Sequence record: NC_071007.1
Reading direction: 5' to 3' (one strand)
Length of the DNA stretch: 64,000 nt
Part shown: positions 28,086 to 38,412 of the stretch, piece by piece
Layout: the number at the start of each line of letters is the position of its first letter
Numbering within the stretch: position 1 is the stretch's first letter
The notes under the pieces: generated by a model
The model's database searches: none
The model's input: the letters and a program-made list of their open reading frames with translations, nothing else
What the model was told of the DNA's origin: nothing
Translations under genes and position numbers: made by a program

Positions 28086-30254
28086 TTACGGAGTAGCCGG
28101 TTCCAGAGCAACTTCTACCTTGTCATTGGTACCCGGAGCACCGCCAGAAACATCGGCAGTCAGGTTACCAGCGATCAGGTGCTTGTTGACGGAAGCGATC
28201 AGGCCTTCATCACCCAGCAGTTTATCCATGTCTTCCACAACCAACATACCTGCAACCGGACACAGATCGATGTGAGCATAAGACGGCTGAGAAATAACCA
28301 TTCGGTATTGACGATCAGCAGCAGCTACTTGACCTTCGATAACCAGCAGTTCCTTGGCCAGGCAGACACCCATACCACCGAAGATATCGATTTCTTTATC
28401 AACGGTATGAGACTTCGGAACAACCCACATTACACCAATTTCAGAATCGATGTTGGTTTCAACAACCTTGAACTTGATGTTTTCACCAAAGGTACGATAG
28501 TCACCAGTGGTCATCAGGAACGGAGCCAAGCAAGCGTGAGCTACAACAGTGTACTCTTCTTCACGCTGATCCAGCTCTTTCAATGCAGAGATGTTGGAAC
28601 GAACACGCAGAGCGGTAATGATGTCATAGATCTTGTTAACCAGGGCTGCTTCGATGTTATCACGAGTATCTTTGGAGTCAAGGGTGCTGACTTCTTCGAT
28701 CAGGTTGATACTGGTACGAACTGCGGTAGTGGTCATGAAATGTTGGCCCGGCAGAACAGAAGCACCGTCATCGTTAATATTAACAATACGAGCGCCGTTG
28801 TTATCGTACAGGTTTTGGAAATGGCGACGAGCTGCCTTAAAGCTATCGTGGGTCATGTTACGGGTAATCATGACATCCATTTGCTTGACCAGCAGAGCCA
28901 GTACATCAGCGTTGTTGTCATCATCCAGCATCGGGTAACGAACAGAGATCGGGTTACGCTTGTGAATGGTGTACGGCTTCAGGGTATTAGCCATAACAAC
29001 GGTGGTACCATAACGGCTACGGTTTACGTTGTTGTGGTTCAGATCCAGATCGATACCAACAATTTCGGCTTCCAGAACTTGTGCTTTGACCAGCGCTTGG
29101 ATATCAGCCGGCATGGACGGAGTATCCGGGACCATTTTCACGCCATCTTTCATTACATAGGCGATGGATACCGGACCAACGGTCGGAGCCCAAGCACGAG
29201 TAGAACGATGATAGGTAGCGGAGAATTCAAACTGGAGATAAACTTTCAGACCAGCAGCGGTCAGAGAGGTGAAAGCAGTAGTAGGTACACCCAGCTTATC
29301 TTTGAAGTTTGCAACATCCAGACCATTGATCGGGAAGTACAGTTGACGTTTTTCGTCAGAAGTGGTACCGGTGCTCGGGCGCATACCACGACCAGACATG
29401 CTGCGGGTATCCAGAGCGTAATAACCAACTTCGGTTTTATCTTTGGATTTCATAGAGAACAGAATTGAATTCAGAGCAATCGAGCTGGATTCAATTTCAT
29501 CGTTCTGTTCAAAGCGCGGGGCACCAGGAGCTTGACACAGGCTCATCAGGTTATTTGCTTTGCGAATAGCCAGATAGTTGGTTTTGTGTGCTTCACGACC
29601 CAGCAGGTCATTAGAACCGTAACTGTAATCACGAGCCGGCCAAATAGCCTTATCAATAAAGGCTGCGTTGTTTGCATCAGCTGCGTCATCCGGGAATACC
29701 GGAACCAGCTTCAGGTCATCACCTTGGTTGAATTTGGAGTCAGACAGAACGGCAGCAATCGGACGCAGATCTTCGAAAGACTCGTTAACATTACCAGACA
29801 GGTTATAAGCACCAACACCAGCAATATCGACCGGCAGAGTGATGGCATCTTGATCATAGGGAACAACAACGGAAGGATACAGAGCTTCACCAGCCGGCCA
29901 TTGACGGCTAGAGCGAGCGTTCAGTTCTACAGTAGCTGCTTTTTGACGTTGGACTTCACCTGCTTCCATGGATTGGGAAAAAGATTCCATACCAGAAGCT
30001 TTCATGAAATCGCCGAGTGCTTTAGCGCGCTTATTGAAATCAGTGTTCTTTACAGAGTCGACAACAATCTGAGCAGCAGCAGTACGAACGGCAGTAAAGT
30101 TATCGCTACGCATCTGGGAAGTCAGGCTTTCATTACCAGCGATCCCTGCCCAGACGTTTTCTGGGTTAAAAGAGATGTTACCCAGGTTCGCCATAATGGA
30201 CTTCAGGCCAGCGCCCTGACGACCAGAACCTTTTACAGAAAAATTAGTGGACAT
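28086..30254 (-). CDS. Major capsid protein precursor (phiKZ gp120-like), 722 aa
   Basis: Size, AAGGA SD, strong highly-expressed codon bias, N-terminal propeptide with GNES/GMES sites, position next to the DnaB-like helicase. Confidence 0.85.
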   Translation of the reverse strand: MSTNFSVKGSGRQGAGLKSIMANLGNISFNPENVWAGIAGNESLTSQMRSDNFTAVRTAAAQIVVDSVKNTDFNKRAKALGDFMKASGMESFSQSMEAGEVQRQKAATVELNARSSRQWPAGEALYPSVVVPYDQDAITLPVDIAGVGAYNLSGNVNESFEDLRPIAAVLSDSKFNQGDDLKLVPVFPDDAADANNAAFIDKAIWPARDYSYGSNDLLGREAHKTNYLAIRKANNLMSLCQAPGAPRFEQNDEIESSSIALNSILFSMKSKDKTEVGYYALDTRSMSGRGMRPSTGTTSDEKRQLYFPINGLDVANFKDKLGVPTTAFTSLTAAGLKVYLQFEFSATYHRSTRAWAPTVGPVSIAYVMKDGVKMVPDTPSMPADIQALVKAQVLEAEIVGIDLDLNHNNVNRSRYGTTVVMANTLKPYTIHKRNPISVRYPMLDDDNNADVLALLVKQMDVMITRNMTHDSFKAARRHFQNLYDNNGARIVNINDDGASVLPGQHFMTTTAVRTSINLIEEVSTLDSKDTRDNIEAALVNKIYDIITALRVRSNISALKELDQREEEYTVVAHACLAPFLMTTGDYRTFGENIKFKVVETNIDSEIGVMWVVPKSHTVDKEIDIFGGMGVCLAKELLVIEGQVAAADRQYRMVISQPSYAHIDLCPVAGMLVVEDMDKLLGDEGLIASVNKHLIAGNLTADVSGGAPGTNDKVEVALEPATP

Positions 30255-30376
30255 ACGTATAATCCTTGAAATTAAACATGAAACGGAAATGTAAAGAAAA
30301 CAAATATATTTGTTTGCGTAATGTTATTTCCACGCATAACATTCTGTACACGTGATAATGATTGATCGCAAAGTAT

Positions 30377-30928
30377 TTACGCAGCTACTTTGGATAAAAC
30401 AAACCCAGCGTCAATGTAACCACGTTCTCTTGCTGTTTTAGTTAATAGCTTTTCTTCTTTATGGTAAAAACCAAAGCTACCAACTGTATTTAAAATAGCT
30501 CGATAAATGGAAAGTGACAGATTACCTTGTGAAATAGTGAATTTATCACTCATCACAGTATTATCAGAGTGCAAAATAAATAGCAAACCATTAAACATGT
30601 AATAACTGCAAATTTTACCGTGCTTAACTTTTTGATCTGAATTTAGAACCCCTTGATATTTTGCTTTGTAAACAGTACCTTGACGATTACTATTTGCGCT
30701 TAGATTAACACTGGGATCATCATAAGTTGTATTACAAAAACCACAGTATTGTTTTTCCATGGAACGTTGATATTCCAACCATTCTAAACAGTCTTCATCA
30801 CTGATCTCTTTGAAAGAGGGTAAAGAAAGAATATCTTTTAATTCCAACTTATACGCTTTCAATAAATCAAGATGTTCTTTCTTTAAAAAGACCAGTTTGA
30901 TTTCTTTATCGCCTAATTTTATTTTCAT
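30377..30928 (-). CDS. Hypothetical protein (183 aa)
   Basis: Intact ORF between helicase and capsid genes; contains YCGFC; no recognised family. Confidence 0.55.
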   Translation of the reverse strand: MKIKLGDKEIKLVFLKKEHLDLLKAYKLELKDILSLPSFKEISDEDCLEWLEYQRSMEKQYCGFCNTTYDDPSVNLSANSNRQGTVYKAKYQGVLNSDQKVKHGKICSYYMFNGLLFILHSDNTVMSDKFTISQGNLSLSIYRAILNTVGSFGFYHKEEKLLTKTARERGYIDAGFVLSKVAA

Positions 30929-30957
30929 ATCATTAACCAGATTTTAGTTAAAGGAGC

Positions 30958-32499
30958 ATGTCTATGAATAACCTCATTCGCCTTGTTAAATTGACCACAA
31001 TAATGTTTCAAGCATTTAGGCTAAAAGACAAGGACATGATGGATGAAATTTTGTTGCTTTCAGAATCTGTTCCTAAAAGCAAGGAAAGTATTGTAGCTCA
31101 AGACAAAAAAGTAGAGCTTCTTTTACGCAAATTGTTAAATTGGATTAGGGAAACTCCCAGTGACTCTAATATCATAACATCTCTTGCAACCAGCAAGATT
31201 GCTGAGATTATTAAGCTAGATCCAGCTTTGGAATTACCGCTATCGAAAGTATTTGATATTTCCATAAAAGAAGAAGATGCTAGACAGCTTATCTTCCAAA
31301 TTATTAAAGAGTTACGGGAACAAGATGAGACTTTAGGGTTTAACCTACAATTTAAAAGTATGGTCAGACCATTTATGTTCGATGGAGAGGATGATTTAAC
31401 TACTGAGGATTGGATAAAGCTTTCTGAACTGATTGCTGCTAAAATTCAGAGTAATGGAAGTAAGTTTGATAAAGCAGTTGTAGAAAAAGCAGGTACTGAT
31501 AATCCAAATGCAATTGCTGATTTGATCAATCAACTTAAAATTGAAAGTTCTCCAGAAGGCATAATCAAACTTGGACTTGCTGGGATTAATAATGCACTAG
31601 GTCCTGATTTTGGTTTAAAACGCGGTCTGATGTATATGCTGGAAGCATTAACAAACCGTGGTAAATCATTTTCACTTGCACATATAGTTGCTAGTATACC
31701 GCTTTATAATAAACCAGTACTTAGGGATAAAAGTAAAATCCCTACTGTTTTACTGATGAGTGCCGAAGATTCACTTGGTTTAATTTTTAAACGTACATAC
31801 GAGTTATTTGGAACCGCTAAAACAGGAACCAAACCAAACTTCTTTGAAGCAACAACCAATGAAGTTGTTGATACCATTATTAATACGTTTAGTGAAAATG
31901 GCTGGAACTTTATTTTCTATCGCGTTAACCCAAGCCACGATAACATATATGAAATAATGCAACGTGTTAGAGATCTAGAACTAAAAGGTCATGAAATTAT
32001 ATTTGCTGCTTATGACTATTTAGCAATGGCTGATTTGGAAGGAACAATGGGCGAGTCTCGTTCTGATCGTCTTCAAGACTTGTATCGAAGAGCAAGAAAC
32101 TTCTTTTGTTCCCGTGGTTCTATTTTTATGACACCACATCAACTTAACCCAGACGCTAAAAAGTTTATTCGAGAGACCGATGATGACTCTGAGATTTATT
32201 TTATCAGAGACGTTGGCGGTAAATCGATGACAGAAGGTTCAACAAAACTAACAAACGAATGTGATGGTGTAATTGGTATTCATGTCGCTAAACTTCAAAA
32301 CAATGAAAGTTATTTTACTTATTATGTAGGTAAAATGCGGGGTGAAGGGGCACCTGAATCTGAACGGTTTGGTATTTATCCACTCGACCCTGTTAATGGG
32401 CTAGTGCATGATATTAACTTTGAGAAGTCAACCTATCGTAAATCATTAGCACACAGAAGTATGGCGATGGGTGGTGGTGAAGATTTTGACGCAATGTAA
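30958..32499 (+). CDS. dnaB: DnaB-like replicative helicase (phiKZ gp118-like), 513 aa
   Basis: Walker A ALTNRGKS, LLMSAED, Walker B FAAYDYL, H3 motif TPHQLNPD, H4-like SMTEGSTKLTNECD, arginine-finger-like KMRG. Confidence 0.9.
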   Translation: MSMNNLIRLVKLTTIMFQAFRLKDKDMMDEILLLSESVPKSKESIVAQDKKVELLLRKLLNWIRETPSDSNIITSLATSKIAEIIKLDPALELPLSKVFDISIKEEDARQLIFQIIKELREQDETLGFNLQFKSMVRPFMFDGEDDLTTEDWIKLSELIAAKIQSNGSKFDKAVVEKAGTDNPNAIADLINQLKIESSPEGIIKLGLAGINNALGPDFGLKRGLMYMLEALTNRGKSFSLAHIVASIPLYNKPVLRDKSKIPTVLLMSAEDSLGLIFKRTYELFGTAKTGTKPNFFEATTNEVVDTIINTFSENGWNFIFYRVNPSHDNIYEIMQRVRDLELKGHEIIFAAYDYLAMADLEGTMGESRSDRLQDLYRRARNFFCSRGSIFMTPHQLNPDAKKFIRETDDDSEIYFIRDVGGKSMTEGSTKLTNECDGVIGIHVAKLQNNESYFTYYVGKMRGEGAPESERFGIYPLDPVNGLVHDINFEKSTYRKSLAHRSMAMGGGEDFDAM

Positions 32500-32503
32500 A
32501 TAA

Positions 32504-32535
32504 AACTCTACCTACTCCTCGGAGTAGGTAGAGTT
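32504..32535. terminator. Bidirectional hairpin (15-bp stem)
   Basis: AACTCTACCTACTCC-TC-GGAGTAGGTAGAGTT between convergent genes. Confidence 0.75.
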
Positions 32536-32537
32536 AA

Positions 32538-33449
32538 TTACTCCTCTAAATACTTTTTCCACTTACCAGTTTGAGAGTTCAGTTGCTGTAAAATCTTGGT
32601 GTTTATATGCATGATGCTATTAAGGGATTTTACACCTACGTTGAGAGGATGAATTGCATTTTTAATGACACTTTTATCTTCGCTTGGAATATTCCAAGTC
32701 GAATCGTAAATACCGCGGCCCTTACATTCCTCATTACACTTATTTAACACCTGAACCCACTGTTCCAAAACCGCATTTCCTGTTTCACCAATTTTTTTCA
32801 AATCTGGAAGAATGGGTTTGATTGATTGACAAATTTCTTCTACTCTTTCAGCTGTATCAGCAAAAATCAATTTTTCATCCAATCTTTGTAAAGCAGAACC
32901 TGTCTTACTGACTAGTTCTAAAAAGTGTTTTTCAGAACTGGTATCAATTCTCCCAGCATTTAAAAGTCTAATCGCATTTTTAATGAGTTCATTTTGATTG
33001 TTAGGATTCTTTTCTTTGGTTTGGAGCAAATCTTTAGCAATGAACTCTAACTCCACAGACGCGTCAATTATTGTTTGTATTTCTATTCGTAAAACCCCTT
33101 TATCCTTTAAGGTTACATGGGATGTTTCTTTCTTGTTAGCGTTTTCAATAGCATTTAGATTGGTTTCTATACTTTTAACTGTTTGCGAAGATTCCTTTTT
33201 GTTTCCAAAAATAAAATCTCTTATGGCCTTTATTAAAGCTTTAATCATCTCATAAACTTTAATTGCCCCTGCTTTAATTGCACTACCAAAACCTTCCTGT
33301 CCAGCGATTTGTCCTAAATCGCAATTATTCAGTTTAAGAACGGTTTGGGTATAAATTGAATTTGGTGATTTAAAATCTTTATTGCAAATTGATTCAAATC
33401 CAAATATGGTTGTAAAGGCGTGATCTATTGTTTCTGTTGTTACTTCCAT
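32538..33449 (-). CDS. Internal head protein paralog (shared leader plus variable C-terminus), 303 aa
   Basis: N-terminus DHAFTTIFGFESICNKDFK...QTVLKLN...AGQEGFGSAIKAGA...IRDFIFG is nearly collinear with 42526..43533 and 59685..60692. Confidence 0.75.
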   Translation of the reverse strand: MEVTTETIDHAFTTIFGFESICNKDFKSPNSIYTQTVLKLNNCDLGQIAGQEGFGSAIKAGAIKVYEMIKALIKAIRDFIFGNKKESSQTVKSIETNLNAIENANKKETSHVTLKDKGVLRIEIQTIIDASVELEFIAKDLLQTKEKNPNNQNELIKNAIRLLNAGRIDTSSEKHFLELVSKTGSALQRLDEKLIFADTAERVEEICQSIKPILPDLKKIGETGNAVLEQWVQVLNKCNEECKGRGIYDSTWNIPSEDKSVIKNAIHPLNVGVKSLNSIMHINTKILQQLNSQTGKWKKYLEE

Positions 33450-33457
33450 AGATTTTC

Positions 33458-34807
33458 CTATTTTCCAGATTTATATTTTTCTTGTCGTTTCAAAAACAAA
33501 CTTAATACGCATGTTCTTTTTAACAATGGTCTTAAATCTCCATTGACTGGTAAATAGTCTTGTCGATATCCGACAAGAATTCCTTTACGAATAATCAATG
33601 TGTCATCCGGGCCGATATATTGATACCGAACAGGATGACCTGGTTCAAGATATCCTACATCACCATTATGCCATTCTATTTGAACTATCTCACCTTCATT
33701 AATTGAATTCTGAGATAAAGCAGCACATAGGTTTCCAGTTGGGTTTGGATCGATTGGAATGTATTCATTACCATCACCTCTCGAAGAGAGTTTGAACTCT
33801 TGCAAAGCATCTGCTCTGGTAATGACTGCTCTTCCTTTTTCGTAATGCGTTCCTGTTTCACCAGAGACCGCCGTTCCTAAAACAACACGTTTACCTACAC
33901 CAGTGTTTTGTTTACGGATATCAGCATTATCATCATGGCTTGATTGCCCGGTTGCAATAATGGTCATCGAAACATCAGAACGATAAAACGTGTAATCTAA
34001 GGTAGGAATTTTATCTTGAGGAACTTTAATGATATCAACAGGTCTGTGATGTGTTTCACATAACGTAGTGTTATAAAGCGGGTAAACCCACCAATAATTT
34101 TGTTTGTAAAATGCACCCAGTCCTTTTGAATAAATTCCGTACTCATTTTGGGTTTGCAAATATTTGGGAACGTCAATTAACCGTGTCCCTTCCGGTATTA
34201 AAATTTGATTATAGTTATTAATGTTATCAAAAGGTTCATGAATATAAAGTCCTTTGTAAGGAGGACAATCTTTCATATCCACTTTTTTACTGTAATAATC
34301 CATTACTAATTTTAATACATTACCGGGATTATTCATTAAGAAGTTTTCACTTATTTGAATATTCCTGAGTTTAGAAAACCCCTTATCCATCAATTGGAAT
34401 TCATATTCCGCTAACGAAACATTATCAAACCCTTTCATGTTACCAACATTAGATACTTGACCTTCTGTTCGAAGGTCTCTATCATTGGTAGGAATAATGA
34501 CAAACTCCCTGACAATTCGTTGCTGTTCAGTGTCTGCAATAACTTGAATTGTTAAATTATCGCGATAAGGTATGATCTCATCAAAATAAACGCTGGGTTG
34601 AAGTTTGAGTTTAATACCAATTTTTTCTGATCTAGCATTAATCATATCTGCTATTTCAGTAAAGTGGGTGATACTGATAACATTAATTTGTTTTTTAGGA
34701 GTAATAATGACAGCATTTAGTTCGATTGTCAAAGATAAGTTAACTTTATGTTTATCGGTTAACCTAGCCTGCTTCAAGAACCCCTTTATTTGTGCTTCTA
34801 AGCTCAT
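33458..34807 (-). CDS. Virion structural protein, possible baseplate hub-like (phiKZ gp101-like position), 449 aa
   Basis: Synteny; YQTQNEYGIYSKGLGAFYK and EWHNGDVGYLEPGHPVRY segments. Hub assignment is inference. Confidence 0.55.
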   Translation of the reverse strand: MSLEAQIKGFLKQARLTDKHKVNLSLTIELNAVIITPKKQINVISITHFTEIADMINARSEKIGIKLKLQPSVYFDEIIPYRDNLTIQVIADTEQQRIVREFVIIPTNDRDLRTEGQVSNVGNMKGFDNVSLAEYEFQLMDKGFSKLRNIQISENFLMNNPGNVLKLVMDYYSKKVDMKDCPPYKGLYIHEPFDNINNYNQILIPEGTRLIDVPKYLQTQNEYGIYSKGLGAFYKQNYWWVYPLYNTTLCETHHRPVDIIKVPQDKIPTLDYTFYRSDVSMTIIATGQSSHDDNADIRKQNTGVGKRVVLGTAVSGETGTHYEKGRAVITRADALQEFKLSSRGDGNEYIPIDPNPTGNLCAALSQNSINEGEIVQIEWHNGDVGYLEPGHPVRYQYIGPDDTLIIRKGILVGYRQDYLPVNGDLRPLLKRTCVLSLFLKRQEKYKSGK

Positions 34808-34810
34808 CCT

Positions 34811-35479
34811 TTAATCTCCTAGTCCAAACGGATTAGAGGAAGAGAACATGTCGTCCATTGTTACTGGAGCGCCTTTAACAATAGATGGCTCATGATAAAG
34901 ACCTTGTTCTGCTTCTTTGAATATGCTTAAGTGCGAAATAAAAGAAGGTCCTTCCCTGGTATCGTACCCGTATCTCCAAGTTGTCGTCAGTGCGTCTAGT
35001 AATACAAGTTCCGTATTATGGCTATTACCACAGCTTTTATTGATTTCTTGCATTTGGTATTGCCGATACCAACCAAAAATATATTTAGCAATTTTTTCTA
35101 GTATTTCTAACTCTTGCATTTTTGGTCGTTCTAACCAAGGTAACTTCCCCATCACCTCACACCAAGTAGAAATATACTCTTGGATATTTGTATACATTGG
35201 GATGATGTCTTTTGAAGGATACCTAAATGAAAATCCTGCGTTTTCCCCCATGTATAAAAACATATCACAAAGTCTAGCAATTGTGATCGGTCTTTCAATA
35301 ACTTGACCAAACATCTCCAATCCCATAATCGGTGGATGTTTTTCCATTTGTTTAATTTGGTCAAAACTTAAGAAATACTGCCTTGGTGCAAAAATATGAA
35401 ACGTTTTATTACTAATGTATTCATAGAGCGCCACCAGGCGCTCTCTATTGTACATATAACGTTCTACATCCATTGTCAA
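34811..35479 (-). CDS. Conserved hypothetical protein (phiKZ gp100-like position), 222 aa
   Basis: Intact ORF in the structural operon. Confidence 0.55.
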   Translation of the reverse strand: MTMDVERYMYNRERLVALYEYISNKTFHIFAPRQYFLSFDQIKQMEKHPPIMGLEMFGQVIERPITIARLCDMFLYMGENAGFSFRYPSKDIIPMYTNIQEYISTWCEVMGKLPWLERPKMQELEILEKIAKYIFGWYRQYQMQEINKSCGNSHNTELVLLDALTTTWRYGYDTREGPSFISHLSIFKEAEQGLYHEPSIVKGAPVTMDDMFSSSNPFGLGD

Positions 35480-35488
35480 TACCTTTTG

Positions 35489-36781
35489 TTATGTATAGAA
35501 GGAATTTACCACCAGCGCTTGTTTGATAGCTCCTAAATAAATTCCACCCATATAAAGTTTTTCAATATCAGTTAAATTCCAGTAGTTTTCAACCACCCTC
35601 AATATTTCTGCTTTATCGGCAGTTTTATCCCGCCATACTTTCCAAATGAATTGCTCTAATTCAGTTCCTTTACCTTCATAAAACTCATTGGAGAAGAAAT
35701 ACTGATATGGTCTACCTGGTTCTTTTGGAACAACTGGTGTAGGACCAATTGGAAATAATGATCCACTATTACGGTACGCTTGGGGATTAGCTGACTCTTT
35801 ATGGATAACAATACACCTATCCATTTTTGAAAAGAAAATCCCACCATACGTTTTAGTGTTTAACATCTCGCCGCGATAATGTTCAAAATAATCTTGCTTG
35901 TACCGTTCTGGATGTTTAAACCCATTACGATAAAACATATCCCAAACTGTAATAGGATCTTGCATTTTTAAACTATCAACATGATAATTACAGTTTAACA
36001 ATTTAATCGATTGTCTTACTCCAGCCAATTTCATAGGAATGGTATAGCTTAAAAACTTGGCAAGATAAGGGTCATAAAGTCGATCATTTTTACTATTAGG
36101 AACAATGATGGTTTCTTCTTCATTAAAATAATGATTAGCAAGAATATCATCCACAATAGCTAATCGAACAGCATAAAGTTCATTATTTAAATCTTTATCT
36201 GTTTTTGTTAGTATTGCATTTCCGCCAGCAATTAAAATGTCTTTTTGGTAATAGAGTTCCTCAATGACTTTTGCATTGAGATTCACCATGATCTGTTCAG
36301 TGACAATTGCGAGTAATTTAGCTTCGAATTGATAACATTTATCAGCATGATAAGTTTGAGGCTCTGGTTGTTCAAATACGGCATAAACACCAGCTCTGCC
36401 GTCACCAATATCTTTTATGAACAAATCACCAATACCGGGTGCCAAATCAAATAACACAAATCCTGAAATAACGTCACCGACTTCTGCACGTTGTTGGTCA
36501 AAACTAAAGCTGCGGTTAGTTTGTAATTTAACAATAAGATTATTGATTCGTTTATAAGAAGAATACACTTCCATTGAATCTGGTGTAAAACTATGTTGCT
36601 CTTCGTCAATGTTACTAGAACCACGGTACCATTCGACCAGTGTCGGTTCGCCGCTGACAAAGGACAACAGACTAGTATGGGGGGTGTATTTGGATTGGAT
36701 AATAGAATGTTTATATCCATCATCAAATATTTTTGTTTCTTGTGGGGGAGGTGTTACTCCCCCAATCACTGTCTGAGTCAT
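35489..36781 (-). CDS. Virion structural protein, possible neck/head-closure type (phiKZ gp99-like position), 430 aa
   Basis: DLAPGIGDLFIKDIGDGRAGVYAV resembles the P-x-x-GD-L-x(n)-V pattern of head-closure proteins; synteny. Confidence 0.55.
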   Translation of the reverse strand: MTQTVIGGVTPPPQETKIFDDGYKHSIIQSKYTPHTSLLSFVSGEPTLVEWYRGSSNIDEEQHSFTPDSMEVYSSYKRINNLIVKLQTNRSFSFDQQRAEVGDVISGFVLFDLAPGIGDLFIKDIGDGRAGVYAVFEQPEPQTYHADKCYQFEAKLLAIVTEQIMVNLNAKVIEELYYQKDILIAGGNAILTKTDKDLNNELYAVRLAIVDDILANHYFNEEETIIVPNSKNDRLYDPYLAKFLSYTIPMKLAGVRQSIKLLNCNYHVDSLKMQDPITVWDMFYRNGFKHPERYKQDYFEHYRGEMLNTKTYGGIFFSKMDRCIVIHKESANPQAYRNSGSLFPIGPTPVVPKEPGRPYQYFFSNEFYEGKGTELEQFIWKVWRDKTADKAEILRVVENYWNLTDIEKLYMGGIYLGAIKQALVVNSFYT

Positions 36782-36791
36782 TTACTCAACC

Positions 36792-38333
36792 TCAACGTTG
36801 ATAGTTTAAGTTATTATGGTTGTAAGCAAAAATGACAGAACCCATCGTTCCTCTTTCAAAGAACTCAACTTCATCACCATCGCCTACTTCAATGTCGTTA
36901 TGAACATCCCACCAATCCAATTTACCGTTATCACCAAAATGAGGAGGAATATTGTAATTTGGAAACAGTTGTTCAATAATCCATTTACCCCATTCCGTAT
37001 CTGTTACGATATCAGTGATACAATCATCACTATACAGTCTGAGAGCATAATCTAAACTAAATACGATTCGATAAATATTTGATAATGTAGGGGATCTTAA
37101 TAAAACCAAATCACCATTTTCTCTTAATTCTAATTGTTCTTCTGCTACTTCTGTATTGTCAGAATAAACTTTAAAATTAAGTGGGCTGTTATGTCTGGTA
37201 GTTACCTTGGTATGGTATTTCAAAATCCATTTAAGGAATGTTGGATCCCAAGAAAAGTTATTAAGTGTTGTAATATTAACTAACACTTGCTCTGGTACAT
37301 TATCAACTGTAGTCAATACCTGTAATTGTGGAGATAACCAATTGACATTAGGCGGTCTCCAGTTATCTTGTTCCGGAAGTGCAACATACCCTGCTGTATC
37401 TATTAGCTTATCACCAAAAATTAAGGAAGCTAATTTTGATTCCATGAATCGATTACTGGGTAAGTCCATTTTGTTTTGTTCGAACACTTCTGGAATCCAT
37501 TCTTCTTCCATTACCTGTTGATAAACTTGGATAGGATATTGAACTTCCCACTTGACATGTTCATTCCAAAAGAACGAATACGTCCAGCTAACTTCATATT
37601 TTCCAATGAAAGCTCCTTTACTAACTTTAGCAAAGTTGACTTCTCCAAACTCTATCCCTGTATTGGCAACTTGTTGATTAAACACCAAAGTGTCATTATT
37701 ACCAATTAAGTTACTAATGATATCAGTAGGAACTGTAGCAAAATACCTAAACCATTTAATAAAATTAACATCAGGACCTTCAGTGTAAATTCCTGCCGCT
37801 AATTGTTTTTTATAAATGGATTGGAAACATTCCAATATTCTCCAAGGAATAGGATAATGCGTGTTCATATCAAACATGTTGTTTTGATGAGAACTTAACA
37901 ATCCAGTTCTAATTTTATTATGGAATGTTTTTGCAGTGAGTCGATCTTTAAAATACTTATTTAATGTTACTGTATATTTTCTATTTTGATATACAGGTCG
38001 AATCATTGCATTTGTAATAGGATCGTACCACATATGTGGTGTTGTTGGTGTCGATCTTGATTCAGCATCTAATTCATCATTATAACCTGAATAATCATCA
38101 TCTAACTCAACAAAGATTTTATCATCAAAACCAAGATCAGTTTTTAGATCATCCCCTCGCCTACTATTATAAAGTCCTCCTAATAGTTTACTGACTTCAG
38201 CTTCACCATTAAAAAATACTTTATGATTCTTAGGGATATTAAAATACTCAATAATCGTTGCTAATGATTTTAAGATAGCGGGTCTTGTCGATATACGGTA
38301 AACCTCGCTTGCAGGTACATCTACTTTAAACAT
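36792..38333 (-). CDS. Virion structural protein (phiKZ gp98-like position), 513 aa
   Basis: Long ORF, first gene after a hairpin, TATG motifs upstream; synteny. Confidence 0.6.
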   Translation of the reverse strand: MFKVDVPASEVYRISTRPAILKSLATIIEYFNIPKNHKVFFNGEAEVSKLLGGLYNSRRGDDLKTDLGFDDKIFVELDDDYSGYNDELDAESRSTPTTPHMWYDPITNAMIRPVYQNRKYTVTLNKYFKDRLTAKTFHNKIRTGLLSSHQNNMFDMNTHYPIPWRILECFQSIYKKQLAAGIYTEGPDVNFIKWFRYFATVPTDIISNLIGNNDTLVFNQQVANTGIEFGEVNFAKVSKGAFIGKYEVSWTYSFFWNEHVKWEVQYPIQVYQQVMEEEWIPEVFEQNKMDLPSNRFMESKLASLIFGDKLIDTAGYVALPEQDNWRPPNVNWLSPQLQVLTTVDNVPEQVLVNITTLNNFSWDPTFLKWILKYHTKVTTRHNSPLNFKVYSDNTEVAEEQLELRENGDLVLLRSPTLSNIYRIVFSLDYALRLYSDDCITDIVTDTEWGKWIIEQLFPNYNIPPHFGDNGKLDWWDVHNDIEVGDGDEVEFFERGTMGSVIFAYNHNNLNYQR

Positions 38334-38373
38334 AGCTATGGTTCCCTAGTTCATAATTCATAACATCAATGAT

Positions 38374-38405
38374 TTCTCCTTACTCCGATTAAGGAGTAAG
38401 GAGAA
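38374..38405. terminator. Intergenic hairpin (13-bp stem)
   Basis: TTCTCCTTACTCC-GATTAA-GGAGTAAGGAGAA. Confidence 0.7.
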
Positions 38406-38412
38406 TTTGACA

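Noticed and set aside
28179-30269. Long plus-strand ORFs (429 aa and 245 aa) antisense to the major capsid gene
   Set aside because: Same codon register as the capsid gene; they arise because the highly expressed gene avoids TTA, CTA and TCA. No SD, promoter or protein-like composition.
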